Part shown: positions 18,311 to 31,518 of the stretch, one piece after another | Numbering within the stretch: the first letter of the stretch is position 1 | Layout of the letters: every line of letters begins with the position of its first letter | From: a virus | Lineage: Duplodnaviria > Heunggongvirae > Uroviricota > Caudoviricetes | IMG/VR virus record: IMGVR_UViG_648028025_000005 | Strand: one strand, 5' to 3' | DNA length: 64,000 nucleotides | Translations under genes and position numbers: made by a program | The notes under the pieces: model-generated | Seen by the model: the letters and a program-made list of their open reading frames with translations, nothing else | What the model was told of the DNA's origin: nothing | Database searches by the model: none

Positions 18311-18844
18311 ATGAACGAAAAAATAAAATACGGCCTGTCGGCTGCCGTTCTGGCGCTGATTGGTGCAGGTGCTTCTGCGCCTGAAATCCTCGACCAGTTT
18401 CTGGATGAAAAGGAAGGTAACCACACCACGGCATACCGTGATGGTGCGGGGATCTGGACCATCTGCCGTGGTGCCATTCTGGTGGATGGTAAGCCTGTTA
18501 TTCCTGGCATGAAGCTGTCAAAGGAAAAATGCGACCGGGTTAATGCCATCGAACGTGACAAGGCGCTGGCATGGGTGGAGAAAAACATCCGGGTGCCGCT
18601 GACCGAACCCCAGAAAGCGGGGATCGCGTCATTCTGTCCGTACAACATTGGCCCCGGTAAGTGCTTCCCGTCGACGTTTTATAAACGAATTAATGCAGGC
18701 GATCGAAAAGGTGCCTGTGAGGCGATTCGCTGGTGGATTAAGGACGGTGGTAGAGACTGCCGTATCCGTTCAAATAATTGCTACGGTCAGGTCTCACGGC
18801 GTGACCAGGAGAGCGCGCTGGCGTGCTGGGACATCGACAGATAG
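18311..18844 (+). CDS. R: SAR endolysin (phage lysozyme R)
   Basis: 177 aa; N-terminal signal-anchor-release segment YGLSAAVLALIGAGASAP; lysozyme-like remainder; paired with pinholin. Confidence 0.9.
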   Translation: MNEKIKYGLSAAVLALIGAGASAPEILDQFLDEKEGNHTTAYRDGAGIWTICRGAILVDGKPVIPGMKLSKEKCDRVNAIERDKALAWVEKNIRVPLTEPQKAGIASFCPYNIGPGKCFPSTFYKRINAGDRKGACEAIRWWIKDGGRDCRIRSNNCYGQVSRRDQESALACWDIDR

Positions 18845-19179
18845 CAGAATATTTTCCTGAAAAATGACGTTGGCCAACGCGGGGGGATAACACGAAATCC
18901 TGAAAACTGGTAAAACCTAAGTGAATAAAAGTAAAAACCCCGTTTGTTGGCAGCAAGCGGGGTTTTGTGTTTTCTGACCTTGAGTAAGGCAAGGGAGAAA
19001 TTATGGGTAGGGAGGTACTTTCCCTGTGAGGAAGTATAAAAGATTCTTTCTGAGGTTGTCCATTATGAAAGGCATTGAAGTGGAGACGCCAGCCAGTCTG
19101 GATTTAACAAGAGCGGCAGCTTTTGCCATTCGTATTGTGGCCATTGCTGTTCTGGTCTGGGCAATCCGTTGGTGGTGAT

Positions 19180-19647
19180 ATGAACCGTGTTCTGTGCGTG
19201 GTTATCATTGTCCTGCTGGTGGCCTGTGGTGCGCTTAGTCTGGGGCTGAATCATTACCGTGATCACGCCATCATCTACAAAGAGCAGCGCGATAAAAAAG
19301 CCAGTGAGCTGGAGCTGGCGAACGCGACAATTACTGATATGCAGATACGCCAGCGTGATGTCGCTGCACTTGATGCCAGATACTCGAGGGAATTAGCCGA
19401 TGCGAGAGCTGAAAATGAAACTCTGCGTGCTGATGTTGCCGCTGGTCGTAAGCGCCTGCGGATCAACGCCACCTGCTCCGGTACCGTGCGTGAAGCCACC
19501 GGCACCTCCGGCGTGGATAATGCAACCGGCCCCCGACTGGCAGACACCGCTGAACGGGATTATTTCATCCTCAGAGAACGGCTGATGGCAATGCAGAAGC
19601 AACTGGAAGGAGCACAGGAATATATCCGTACCCAGTGTATACCGTGA
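19180..19647 (+). CDS. Rz: i-spanin Rz
   Basis: ATG 19180 (MNRVLCVVIIVLLVACG) N-terminal TM anchor; coiled-coil body; contains embedded Rz1 in +1 frame. Confidence 0.8.
   Translation: MNRVLCVVIIVLLVACGALSLGLNHYRDHAIIYKEQRDKKASELELANATITDMQIRQRDVAALDARYSRELADARAENETLRADVAAGRKRLRINATCSGTVREATGTSGVDNATGPRLADTAERDYFILRERLMAMQKQLEGAQEYIRTQCIP
19415..19585 (+). CDS. Rz1: o-spanin Rz1 lipoprotein, embedded in Rz
   Basis: lipoprotein signal MKLCVLMLPLVVSAC followed by Pro-rich region; entirely within Rz in a different frame. Confidence 0.7.
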   Translation: MKLCVLMLPLVVSACGSTPPAPVPCVKPPAPPAWIMQPAPDWQTPLNGIISSSENG

Positions 19648-20111
19648 TGTTTTGTTATGAAGGTGTTACTGGTAACGTTAAGGTAATTTAACAAAGAGTC
19701 AGTTCCGGACTTTATAGTGTGCTCAGTTCATGGCCAAAAACGATTTCTGTGATAAATATTTTGAATATTATTTACAGGTAAATGGAGTGGGGCACATGGA
19801 TAGAAATATTACAATAGAGAATGAAGTATATGCCCGTATTGTATGGGCAGAGAAGGCAAAAACACGGTAATTCCGTGTGTTGCCATGATACCTGATTGGC
19901 AGAATAGTTGTTTGGTTTTGAGTATATAGTCAGCGTTTTTTGTTCAGTAATTGCTCCCTCAAAAAATAATAAAACAAGGTGATTATTTTTGTTTATTATT
20001 TAGTTTTTTTGTGTGTTGTTTTATTGTTTTTGCGTGGTTTGTTTTTTATTGTTATTTCATTAAGGGAAGGTAAATTCAGGATGGCAGTCTGTAGATAATC
20101 GGAGGTCACTT

Positions 20112-20426
20112 ATGCTACATGATCACGTGGCAGAATGTCTGGAGAAAAAAGGACTGTACCGGAGAGCAGCTGAACGATGGGCAAAAGTGATGGTACAGCT
20201 AAGTGATGACCAGAAAAGAAAAGTGGCGGCACAGAAACGAGCAGAGTGTTTGCGTAAGGCGCGCCGGACTCCGGTTTCACCGGTGAACCTGACCGAAATA
20301 AAACAAGCGGTCAACAGACTACATTCTGAGTTGGGAATGGGATTTGAAGAGCGGCGGGTATTCCGACGATATAAAGGGACAGGAGAACAGAATACGTCCG
20401 GAAACGCGCGGTCAAAAAAATGCTAA
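20112..20426 (+). CDS. pch: PerC-family transcriptional regulator (Pch-like, prophage-borne LEE activator homolog)
   Basis: 104 aa; conserved core KGLYRRAAERWAKVM...KRAECLRKAR; AT-rich T-tract promoter region upstream (19960-20100). Confidence 0.7.
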   Translation: MLHDHVAECLEKKGLYRRAAERWAKVMVQLSDDQKRKVAAQKRAECLRKARRTPVSPVNLTEIKQAVNRLHSELGMGFEERRVFRRYKGTGEQNTSGNARSKKC

Positions 20427-20507
20427 AAAATATCTGAGAGAGTTATTGCCTGTTACCATAAGAAAAAGCGACTTTAGTGGTCGCTTTTTGTGTCATATAT
20501 AAGTCGT

Positions 20508-20732
20508 TTAAGTAAACCTGTCTGAACAGGTGCTCTGGTCGTGTTTGTCTTTGTTGGGTACAAATTGAGAATATTTTTCATTAATTAATCTTCTTCTGCA
20601 GGCTTCAATAACCCACGCTGAAAAATTACCTGAACCTTTCAGGTCAAGAGCGATGTTAATTTGTTCAATTATCTGGTTTGGAAATCGGATGTTGCGGGTT
20701 GTTGTTCTGCGGGTTCTGTTCTTTGATGACAT
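20508..20732 (-). CDS. ribbon-helix-helix DNA-binding protein (putative)
   Basis: 74 aa; beta-strand NIRFP then helices QIIEQINIAL and NFSAWVIEACRRRL. Confidence 0.45.
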   Translation of the reverse strand: MSSKNRTRRTTTRNIRFPNQIIEQINIALDLKGSGNFSAWVIEACRRRLINEKYSQFVPNKDKHDQSTCSDRFT

Positions 20733-20859
20733 AATGTTGCCCCGTATTCAGTGTTGCTGATTTGTATTATCTGAAGTTGCTTTTACGCTAATTTGATGCA
20801 GATCAATTAATACGATACCTGCGTAATAATTGATTATTTCTCGTGGTTTGATGGCGTAC

Positions 20860-21128
20860 ACACATGTCGTGATAAACCTCATGTAGATGATAATTATTAT
20901 CATTTTCGTGGGTCCTTTCCGGCGATCCGACAGGTTACGGGGCGGCGACCTCGCGGGTTTTCGCTATTTATGAAAATTTTCCGGTTTAAGGCGTTTCCGT
21001 TCTTCTTCGCCGTAACCTAATGTTTTTATTTAAAACACCCCCTGAAAAGAAAGGAAACGACAGGTGCTGAAAACGGGCTTTTTGGCCTCTGTCGTTTCCT
21101 TTCTCTGTTTTTGTCCGTGGAATGAACA
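20860..21128 (+). other. cos: lambda-type cos site (cosQ-cosN-cosB); cosN 12-nt cohesive-end sequence at 20940-20951
   Basis: CGACAGGTTACG|GGGCGGCGACCTCGCGGGTTTTCGCTATTTATGAAAATTTTCCGG matches the joined lambda right/left ends as recalled. Confidence 0.85.
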
Positions 21129-21648
21129 ATGGAAGTCAACAAAAAGCAGCTGGCTGACATTTTCGGTGCGAGTATCCGTACCATTCAGAACTGGCAGGAA
21201 CAGGGAATGCCCGTTCTGCGAGGCGGTGGCAAGGGTAATGAGGTGCTTTATGACTCTGCCGCCGTCATAAAATGGTATGCCGAAAGGGATGCTGAAATTG
21301 AGAACGAAAAGCTGCGCCGGGAAGTTGAAGAACTGCGGCAGGCCAGCGAGACAGATCTCCAGCCAGGGACTATTGAGTACGAACGCCATCGACTTACGCG
21401 TGCGCAGGCCGACGCACAGGAGCTGAAAAATGCCAGAGACTCCGCTGAAGTGGTGGAAACCGCATTCTGTACTTTCGTGCTGTCGCGGATCGCAGGTGAA
21501 ATTGCCAGTATTCTCGACGGGATCCCCCTGTCGGTGCAGCGGCGTTTTCCGGAACTGGAAAACCGACATGTTGATTTCCTGAAACGGGATATCATCAAAG
21601 CCATGAACAAAGCAGCCGCGCTGGATGAACTGATACCGGGGTTGCTGA

Positions 21649-21674
<26 letters not shown>
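21129..21674 (+). CDS. nu1: terminase small subunit Nu1
   Basis: 181 aa, essentially lambda Nu1 (MEVNKKQLADIFGASIRTIQNWQEQGMPV...). Confidence 0.95.
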
Positions 21675-25355
<3,681 letters not shown>

Positions 25356-25375
<20 letters not shown>

Positions 25376-26675
25376 TCTCCCGCATATTGCCAGCATGGCT
25401 TTTAATGAGCCGCTGATGCTTGAACCCGCCTATGCGCGGGTTTTCTTTTGTGCGCTTGCAGGCCAGCTTGGGATCAGCCGCCTGACGGATGCAGTATCCG
25501 GCGACAGCCTGACTGCCGGAGAGGCACCCGCGGCGCTGGCGTTATCCGGTGATGATGACGGACCACGACAGGCCCGGAGTTATCAGGTCATGAACGGCAT
25601 CGCCGTGCTGCCGGTGTCCGGTACGCTGGTCAGCCGGACGCGGGCGCTGCAGCCGTATTCGGGGATGACCGGTTACAACGGCATTATCGCCCGTCTGCAA
25701 CAGGCTGCCAGCGACCCGATGGTGGACGGCATTCTGCTCGATATGGACACACCGGGCGGAATGGTGGCGGGAGCATTTGACTGTGCTGACATCATCGCCC
25801 GTGTGCGTGACATAAAACCGGTATGGGCGCTGGCCAACGACATGAACTGCAGTGCAGGTCAGCTGCTTGCCAGCGCCGCCTCCCGGCGTCTGGTCACGCA
25901 GACCGCCCGGACAGGCTCCATCGGCGTCATGATGGCTCACAGTAATTACGGTGCTGCCCTGGAGAAACAGGGCGTGGAAATCACGCTGATTTACAGCGGC
26001 AGCCATAAGGTGGATGGCAACCCCTACAGCCATCTACCGGGTGATGTCCGGGAAACACTGCAGTCCCGGATGGATGCAACCCGCCGGATGTTTGCGCAGA
26101 AGGTGTCGGCATATACCGGCCTGTCCGTGCAGGCTGTGCTGGATACCGAGGCTGCAGTGTACAGCGGTCAGGAGGCCATTGATGCCGGACTGGCTGATGA
26201 ACTTGTCAACAGCACCGATGCGATCACCGTTATGCGTGATGCACTGGATGCACGTAAATCCCGTCTCTCAGGAGGGCGAATGACCAAAGAGACTCAATCA
26301 ACAACTGTTTCAGCCACTGCTTCGCAGGCTGACGTTACTGGCGTGGTGCCAGCGATGGAGGGCGAAAACGCCAGCGCGGCGCAGCCGGACGTGAACGCGC
26401 AGATCACCGCTGCGGTTGCGGCAGAAAACAGCCGCATTATGGGGATCCTCAACTGTGAGGAGGCTCACGGACGCGAAGAACAGGCCCGCGTGCTGGCAGA
26501 AACCCCCGGTATGACCGTGGAAACGGCCCGCCGCATTCTGGCCGCAGCACCACAGAGTGCACAGGCGCGCAGTGATACTGCGCTGGATCGTCTGATGCAG
26601 GGGGCACCGGCACCGCTGGCTGCAGGTAACCCGGCATCTGATGCCGTTAACGATTTGCTGAACACACCAGTGTAA
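25356..26675 (+). CDS. C: head maturation protease/scaffold C (Nu3 scaffold encoded in-frame in its 3' part)
   Basis: GTG at 25356 (VTAELRNLPHIASMAF), lambda gpC-like; overlaps B 3' end. Confidence 0.9.
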
Positions 26676-26684
26676 GGGATGTTT

Positions 26685-27017
26685 ATGACGAGCAAAGAAA
26701 CCTTTACCCATTACCAGCCGCTGGGCAACAGTGACCCGGCTCATACCGCAACCGCGCCCGGCGGATTGAGTGCGAAAGCGTCTGCAATGACCCCGCTGAT
26801 GCTGGACACCGCCACCCGTAAGCTGGTTGCGTGGGATGGCACCACCGACGGTGCTGCCGTTGGCATTCTTGCGGTTGCTGCTGACCAGACCAGCACCACG
26901 CTGACGTTCTACAAGTCCGGCACGTTCCGTTATGAGGATGTGCTCTGGCCGGAGGCTGCCAGCGACGAGACGAAAAAACGGACCGCGTTTGCCGGAACGG
27001 CAATCAGCATCGTTTAA
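26685..27017 (+). CDS. D: head decoration protein D
   Basis: 110 aa [20 protein letters not shown]..., lambda gpD-like. Confidence 0.9.
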   Translation: MTSKETFTHYQPLGNSDPAHTATAPGGLSAKASAMTPLMLDTATRKLVAWDGTTDGAAVGILAVAADQTSTTLTFYKSGTFRYEDVLWPEAASDETKKRTAFAGTAISIV

Positions 27018-27072
27018 CCTGACCCTTCATCACTAAAGGCCGCCTGTGCGGCTTTTTTTACGGGATTTTTTT

Positions 27073-28098
27073 ATGTCGATGTACACAACCGCCCAACTGC
27101 TGGCGGCAAATGAGCAGAAATTTAAGTTTGATCCGCTGTTTCTGCGTCTCTTTTTCCGTGAGAGCTATCCCTTCACCACGGAGAAAGTCTATCTCTCACA
27201 AATTCCGGGACTGGTAAACATGGCGCTGTACGTTTCGCCGATTGTTTCCGGTGAGGTTATCCGTTCCCGTGGCGGCTCCACCTCTGAATTTACGCCGGGA
27301 TATGTCAAGCCGAAGCATGAGGTGAATCCGCAGATGACCCTGCGTCGCCTGCCGGATGAAGATCCGCAGAATCTGGCGGACCCGGCTTACCGCCGCCGTC
27401 GCATCATCATGCAGAACATGCGTGACGAAGAGCTGGCCATTGCCCAGGTCGAAGAGATGCAGGCAGTTTCTGCCGTGCTTAAGGGCAAATACACCATGAC
27501 CGGTGAAGCCTTTGATCCGGTTGAGGTGGATATGGGCCGCAGTGCGGCAAACAACATCACACAGTCCGGTGGCACGGAGTGGAGCAAGCGTGACAAGTCC
27601 ACGTATGACCCGACCGACGATATCGAAGCCTACGCGCTGAACGCCAGCGGCGTGGTGAATATCATCGTGTTTGATCCGAAAGGATGGGCGCTGTTCCGTT
27701 CCTTCAAAGCCGTCAGGGATAAGCTGGATACCCGTCGCGGCTCTCATTCCGAGCTGGAGACAGCGGTAAAAGACCTGGGCAAAGCGGTGTCTTATAAGGG
27801 AATGTATGGCGATGTGGCCATCGTCGTGTATTCCGGACAGTACGTGGAAAACGGCGTCAAAAAGAACTTCCTGCCGGACAACACGATGGTGCTGGGGAAC
27901 ACTCAGGCACGCGGTCTGCGTACCTATGGCTGTATTCAGGATGCGGACGCACAGCGCGAAGGCATTAACGCCTCTGCCCGTTACCCGAAAAACTGGGTGA
28001 CTACCGGCGATCCGGCGCGAGAGTTCACCATGATTCAGTCAGCACCGCTGATGCTGCTGGCTGACCCTGATGAGTTCGTGTCCGTACAACTGGCGTAA
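27073..28098 (+). CDS. E: major capsid protein E
   Basis: 341 aa MSMYTTAQLLAANEQKF..., lambda gpE-like. Confidence 0.95.
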   Translation: MSMYTTAQLLAANEQKFKFDPLFLRLFFRESYPFTTEKVYLSQIPGLVNMALYVSPIVSGEVIRSRGGSTSEFTPGYVKPKHEVNPQMTLRRLPDEDPQNLADPAYRRRRIIMQNMRDEELAIAQVEEMQAVSAVLKGKYTMTGEAFDPVEVDMGRSAANNITQSGGTEWSKRDKSTYDPTDDIEAYALNASGVVNIIVFDPKGWALFRSFKAVRDKLDTRRGSHSELETAVKDLGKAVSYKGMYGDVAIVVYSGQYVENGVKKNFLPDNTMVLGNTQARGLRTYGCIQDADAQREGINASARYPKNWVTTGDPAREFTMIQSAPLMLLADPDEFVSVQLA

Positions 28099-28139
28099 TT
28101 ATGGCCCTTCGGGGCCATTGTTTCTCTGTGGATGAGTCC

Positions 28140-28535
28140 ATGACGAAAGATGAACTGATTGCCCGTCTCCGCTCGCTGGGTGAACAACTGAACCGTGATG
28201 TCAGCCTGACGGGGACGAAAGAAGAACTGGCGCTCCGTGTGGCAGAGCTGGAAGAGGAGCTTGATGACACGGATGACGCAGCCGGTCAGGACACGTCTGT
28301 CAGCCCGGAAAATGCGCTGACCGGACATGAAAATGAGGTGGTATCAGCACAGACGGATACCGTGACTGATACGGCTGCTCTGGTCACGGTTGTGGCACTG
28401 GTGACGCTGCATACCGATGCACTTCACGCCACGCGGGATGAACCTGTGGCATTTGTGCTGCCGGGAACGGCGTTCCGTGTCTCTGCCGGTGTGGCAGCCG
28501 AAATGACAGAACGTGGCCTGGCCAGAATGCAATAA
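28140..28535 (+). CDS. FI: DNA packaging protein FI
   Basis: MTKDELIARLRSLGEQLNRD..., lambda FI-like. Confidence 0.9.
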   Translation: MTKDELIARLRSLGEQLNRDVSLTGTKEELALRVAELEEELDDTDDAAGQDTSVSPENALTGHENEVVSAQTDTVTDTAALVTVVALVTLHTDALHATRDEPVAFVLPGTAFRVSAGVAAEMTERGLARMQ

Positions 28536-28546
28536 CGGGAGGCGCT

Positions 28547-28900
28547 GTGGCTGATTTCGATAACCTGTTCGATGCTGCCATTGCCCGCGCCGATGAAACG
28601 ATACGCGGGTACATGGGAACGTCAGCCACCATGACATCCGGTGAGCAGTCCGGCGCAGTAATACGTGGTGTTTTTGATGACCCTGAAAATATCAGCTATG
28701 CCGGACAGGGCGTGCGCGTTGAAGGCTCCAGCCCGTCCCTGTTTGTCCGGACTGATGATGTGCGGCAACTGCGGCGTGGAGACACGCTGACCATCGGTGA
28801 GGAAAACTTCTGGATAGACCGGATTTCGCCGGATGATGGCGGAAGCTGTCATCTCTGGCTTGGGCGTGGCGTGCCGCCTGCCGTTAACCGTCGCCGCTGA
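28547..28900 (+). CDS. FII: head-tail connector FII
   Basis: 117 aa MADFDNLFDAAIARADETIRGYMG..., lambda FII-like. Confidence 0.9.
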   Translation: MADFDNLFDAAIARADETIRGYMGTSATMTSGEQSGAVIRGVFDDPENISYAGQGVRVEGSSPSLFVRTDDVRQLRRGDTLTIGEENFWIDRISPDDGGSCHLWLGRGVPPAVNRRR

Positions 28901-28911
28901 AAGGGGGATGT

Positions 28912-29490
28912 ATGGCCATAAAAGGTCTTGAGCAGGCCGTTGAAAACCTCAGCCGTATCAGCAAAACGGCGGTGCCCGGTGCGTCAGCAATGGCCATTAA
29001 CCGCGTTGCTTCATCCGCGATATCGCAGTCTGCGTCACAGGTTGCCCGTGAGACAAAGGTACGCCGGAAACTGGTAAAGGAAAGGGCCAGGCTGAAAAGG
29101 GCCACGGTTAAAAATCCGCAGGCCAGAATCAGGGTTAACCGGGGGGATTTGCCCGTAATCAAGCTGGGGAATGCGCGGGTTGTCCTGTCCCGACGCAGGC
29201 GTCGTAAAAAGGGGCAGCGTTCATCCCTGAAAGGTGGCGGCAGCGTGCTTGTGGTGGGTAACCGTCGTATTCCCGGCGCGTTTATTCAGCAACTGAAAAA
29301 TGGGCGGTGGCATGTCATGCAGCGTGTGGCCGGGAAAAACCGTTACCCCATTGATGTGGTGAAAATCCCGATGGCGGTGCCGCTTACCACGGCGTTTAAA
29401 CAGAATATTGAACGGATACGGCGTGAATGTCTTCCGAAAGAGCTGGGCTATGCGCTGCAGCATCAACTGAGAATGGTAATAAAGCGATGA
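28912..29490 (+). CDS. Z: tail completion protein Z
   Basis: 192 aa, lambda gpZ-like. Confidence 0.9.
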   Translation: MAIKGLEQAVENLSRISKTAVPGASAMAINRVASSAISQSASQVARETKVRRKLVKERARLKRATVKNPQARIRVNRGDLPVIKLGNARVVLSRRRRRKKGQRSSLKGGGSVLVVGNRRIPGAFIQQLKNGRWHVMQRVAGKNRYPIDVVKIPMAVPLTTAFKQNIERIRRECLPKELGYALQHQLRMVIKR

Positions 29491-29882
29491 AACATACTGA
29501 ACTCCGTGCAGCCGTACTGGATGCACTGGAGAAGCATGACACCGGGGCGACGCTTTTTGATGGTCGCCCCGCTGTTTTTGATGAGGCGGATTTTCCGGCA
29601 GTTGCCGTTTATCTCACCGGCGCTGAATACACGGGCGAAGAGCTGGACAGCGATACCTGGCAGGCGGAGCTGCATATTGAAGTTTTCCTGCCTGCTCAGG
29701 TGCCGGATTCAGAGCTGGATGCGTGGATGGAGTCCCGGATTTATCCGGTGATGAGCGATATCCCGGCACTGGCAGGACTGATTACCACGATGGTTACGCA
29801 GGGCTATGAGTATCGTCGTGATGACGATATGGCGTTATGGAGTTCTGCAGATCTGACTTATTCCATTACATACGAGATGTGA
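29487..29882 (+). CDS. U: tail terminator protein U
   Basis: 131 aa [21 protein letters not shown]..., overlaps Z stop (ATGA). Confidence 0.9.
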   Translation: MKHTELRAAVLDALEKHDTGATLFDGRPAVFDEADFPAVAVYLTGAEYTGEELDSDTWQAELHIEVFLPAQVPDSELDAWMESRIYPVMSDIPALAGLITTMVTQGYEYRRDDDMALWSSADLTYSITYEM

Positions 29883-29889
29883 GGACGAT

Positions 29890-30642
29890 ATGGCAACACC
29901 AAATCCCCTTGAGCCGGTAAAAGGTGCCGGTACCACTCTGTGGGTTTACAACGGCAAGGGTGATGCTTATGCAAACCCGTTGTCAGACGATGACTGGCAG
30001 CGACTGGCTAAGGTGAAGGATCTGACGCCGGGCGAGATGACGGCAGAACCCTACGATGATAACTACCTGGATGATGAAGACGCGGACTGGACCGCGACCG
30101 GGCAGGGGCAGAAGTCTGCAGGAGATACCGGTTTTACGCTGGCCTGGAAACCGGGAGAAGAAGGTCAGAAATGGCTTATAGGCTGGTTTGAAAGCGGGGA
30201 TGTGCGGGCCTATAAAATCCGTTTCCCAAATGGCACGGTGGATGTGTTCCGTGGCTGGGTCAGCAGTATCGGTAAGGCCGTGACGGCGAAAGAAGTGATC
30301 ACCCGCACGGTGAAAGTGACCAACGTGGGCAAACCTTCTGTAGCGGAAGAACGCAGCAAAATTACGCCGGTCACTGCGATTAAGGTGACGCCGACATCCG
30401 GTACGGTGGCAAAAGGGAAAACAACCACCCTGACGGTTTCTTTTGAGCCGGAAAGTGCAACCGACAAGACGTTCAGAGCGGTTTCCGCCGATCCGTCGAA
30501 AGCCACCATTAGTGTGAAAGATATGACAATTACGGTAAACGGCGTGGCGACAGGTAAGGTGCAGATCCCTGTGGTGAGCGGAAATGGTCAGTTCGCCGCA
30601 GTGGCTGAAGTCACCGTTACTGAAGCGGGCGCTGCAGGGTAA
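29890..30642 (+). CDS. V: major tail tube protein V
   Basis: 250 aa, lambda gpV-like with C-terminal Ig-like domain. Confidence 0.9.
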   Translation: MATPNPLEPVKGAGTTLWVYNGKGDAYANPLSDDDWQRLAKVKDLTPGEMTAEPYDDNYLDDEDADWTATGQGQKSAGDTGFTLAWKPGEEGQKWLIGWFESGDVRAYKIRFPNGTVDVFRGWVSSIGKAVTAKEVITRTVKVTNVGKPSVAEERSKITPVTAIKVTPTSGTVAKGKTTTLTVSFEPESATDKTFRAVSADPSKATISVKDMTITVNGVATGKVQIPVVSGNGQFAAVAEVTVTEAGAAG

Positions 30643-30655
30643 ACGGAGGTAATAC

Positions 30656-31078
30656 ATGTTTCTGAAAACAGAACAATTTGAATATAACGGTGTGTCCGTC
30701 ACGCTTTCCGAATTGTCTGCGCTGCAGCGGTTTGATTATATAAAGTTTGTTTCAGACGCAGAACAACAGGAGACAACGAAGCATGATGTCGTGCACATTA
30801 ACCAGCGATATCTGGAAACGGCATCCCTGCTTGTGGCGATGTCGCTATGGCATTCCCATTCCCTCAAAGGCACTCTGGCCTCTCCGGAGACAGAGATGCA
30901 GCAGATCCGCCGTGAAGTGATGCTGGGATGGCCTGCTGATGCACTGAATCAGGCAACGAACCGGGTGCTTTATCTTTCAGGTATGCTGGATAACCGGCAC
31001 GATGCCGATCCTGAACAAACCGGGAAAGCAGAAGCGACTGAGCCGGTAACATCAAAAAAGCATTCGAAGGCGAGCTGA
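30656..31078 (+). CDS. G: tail assembly chaperone G
   Basis: 140 aa MFLKTEQFEYNGVSVTLSELSALQR... Confidence 0.9.
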   Translation: MFLKTEQFEYNGVSVTLSELSALQRFDYIKFVSDAEQQETTKHDVVHINQRYLETASLLVAMSLWHSHSLKGTLASPETEMQQIRREVMLGWPADALNQATNRVLYLSGMLDNRHDADPEQTGKAEATEPVTSKKHSKAS

Positions 31079-31518
31079 ACTTTGTCCTGAAACTGGCGCG
31101 AGAGATGGGGAGACCCGACTGGCGCGCCATGCTTGCCGGGATGACATCCACCGAATATGCCGACTGGCGACGTTTTTACTGCACGCATTATTTTCAGGAT
31201 ACCCAACTGGACGCTCATTTTTCCGGGCTGATGTACGCCGTACTCAGCCTGTTTTTTGGCGATCCGGATATGCATCCGGCGGATTTCAGTCTGCTTGCTC
31301 CAGCGTGTGAGGAAGAGCAGACGGAGATGCCGGACGAGGAAGAAATGCTGATGCAGAAAGCGACAGGAGTTGCCGGAGGCGTCCGGTTCGGAGGGGACGG
31401 AGGGCGCGATATTTCACCTTCTGCGGATGTGGTGGATGTCAGCGAGGATGATGTTGCATTAATGATGGCTTCAGCGGGGATTTACGGAGGTGTGAGATAT
31501 GTCCCAGCCAGCGGGTGA
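30656..31518 (+). CDS. T: tail assembly chaperone G-T fusion made by programmed -1 frameshift (slip site A AAA AAG at 31054-31060)
   Basis: T frame open from 31042 to 31518 without its own credible start; -1 heptamer 6 codons before G stop; the GGGAAAG at 31022-31028 is followed by a -1-frame stop at 31039-31041 so cannot be the site. Confidence 0.75.
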
